Shown here piece by piece: positions 25,576-25,827 of a stretch of 25,827 bases of DNA. Each line of letters begins with the position of its first letter. Position 1 is the stretch's first letter. This DNA comes from an uncultured Spirochaetales bacterium (GTDB lineage Bacteria; Spirochaetota; Spirochaetia; ARS1246), in contig CAZHXC010000003.1 of assembly GCA_964536145.1 (NCBI GenBank), forward strand, positions 1 through 25,827, in the 5' to 3' direction. Below the pieces are notes generated by a model. That model saw only the letters and a program-made list of their open reading frames with translations. It had not been told where the DNA came from and made no database searches. A program made the position numbers and the translations under genes.

Positions 25576-25827
25576 TCAAAATTGTTTCTTTGAGTCGAGG
25601 AGAATGGTGACAGGCCCGAAATTCGTGTATGTCACGTCCATCATACCGCCAAACACTCCCTCTGCTACGGTGAGATCCATGTTTCTCAAGGTTGCGATGA
25701 AGTGTTCGTACAGCGGAACGGCAACCTCCGGGTCGGCTGCATGGGCGTATGAGGGTCTTCGTCCTTTGCGCGCATCTGCACAGAGAGTGAACTGAGAAAT
25801 GGAAAGTATTTCTCCTCTTACGTCGAG
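25576..25827 (-). CDS. dtd: D-aminoacyl-tRNA deacylase, C-terminal part (5'-truncated; not in ORF track)
   Basis: Manual translation from 25827: [83 protein letters not shown]. It has the diagnostic SQFTL, KGRRPS and NxGPVT motifs. Confidence 0.96.
   Translation of the reverse strand, partial: LDVRGEILSISQFTLCADARKGRRPSYAHAADPEVAVPLYEHFIATLRNMDLTVAEGVFGGMMDVTYTNFGPVTILLDSKKQF

Noticed and set aside
25606-25623. NFGPVT instead of NDGPVT in Dtd
   Set aside because: It fits the NxGP(V/F)T consensus, and the Gly-Pro chiral-selection motif is retained.
1-25827. Sigma54 -24/-12 promoter (TGGCAC-N5-TTGC) in the intergenic gaps
   Set aside because: Manual inspection of the gaps found no GG-N10-GC match in a good context. 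The scan was not exhaustive, and targets are probably elsewhere.
1-25827. CRISPR arrays, IS elements, prophage, tRNA/rRNA or defence systems (including mazG as an anti-phage or toxin-antitoxin gene)
   Set aside because: I saw no repeat-spacer arrays, transposase, integrase or tRNA folds. MazG is the standard two-domain housekeeping form with no mazEF nearby.

Overview
Core-genome window (about 50% GC by eye), most likely from a Spirochaetota bacterium; this is inferred from gene order and protein character, not from a database search. Two long gene runs converge at about 12.73 kb. Plus strand: dnaG (partial), rpoD, C4 zinc-ribbon protein, rnpB (RNase P RNA, type A), membrane-anchored TPR protein, mreB, mreC, mreD, mrdA (PBP2), rodA, and a fused radical-SAM protein (TIGR03960 + TIGR03936/DUF2344-like). 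Minus strand, read from the right end: dtd (partial, absent from the ORF track), recA, folK, scpA, scpB, rluB, cmk, rpsA, GAF-AAA+-HTH sigma54 activator, YfgM-like TPR protein, CHASE2 class III adenylate cyclase, lipoprotein, small membrane protein, mazG. I saw no mobile elements, CRISPR arrays, tRNA or rRNA. Most of the window is ordinary housekeeping. The best leads are hypotheses: (1) a possible periplasmic-signal to cAMP to GAF/sigma54 module behind rpsA; (2) a perfect TAGGAC-N4-GTCCTA palindrome over the predicted recA start site (candidate new SOS box); (3) the orphan fused radical-SAM enzyme in the Rod operon; (4) a leaderless mazG promoter with its own inverted repeat; (5) an atypical long P9 helix in the RNase P RNA. 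Several start codons were moved from the ORF track using SD sites and overlaps.
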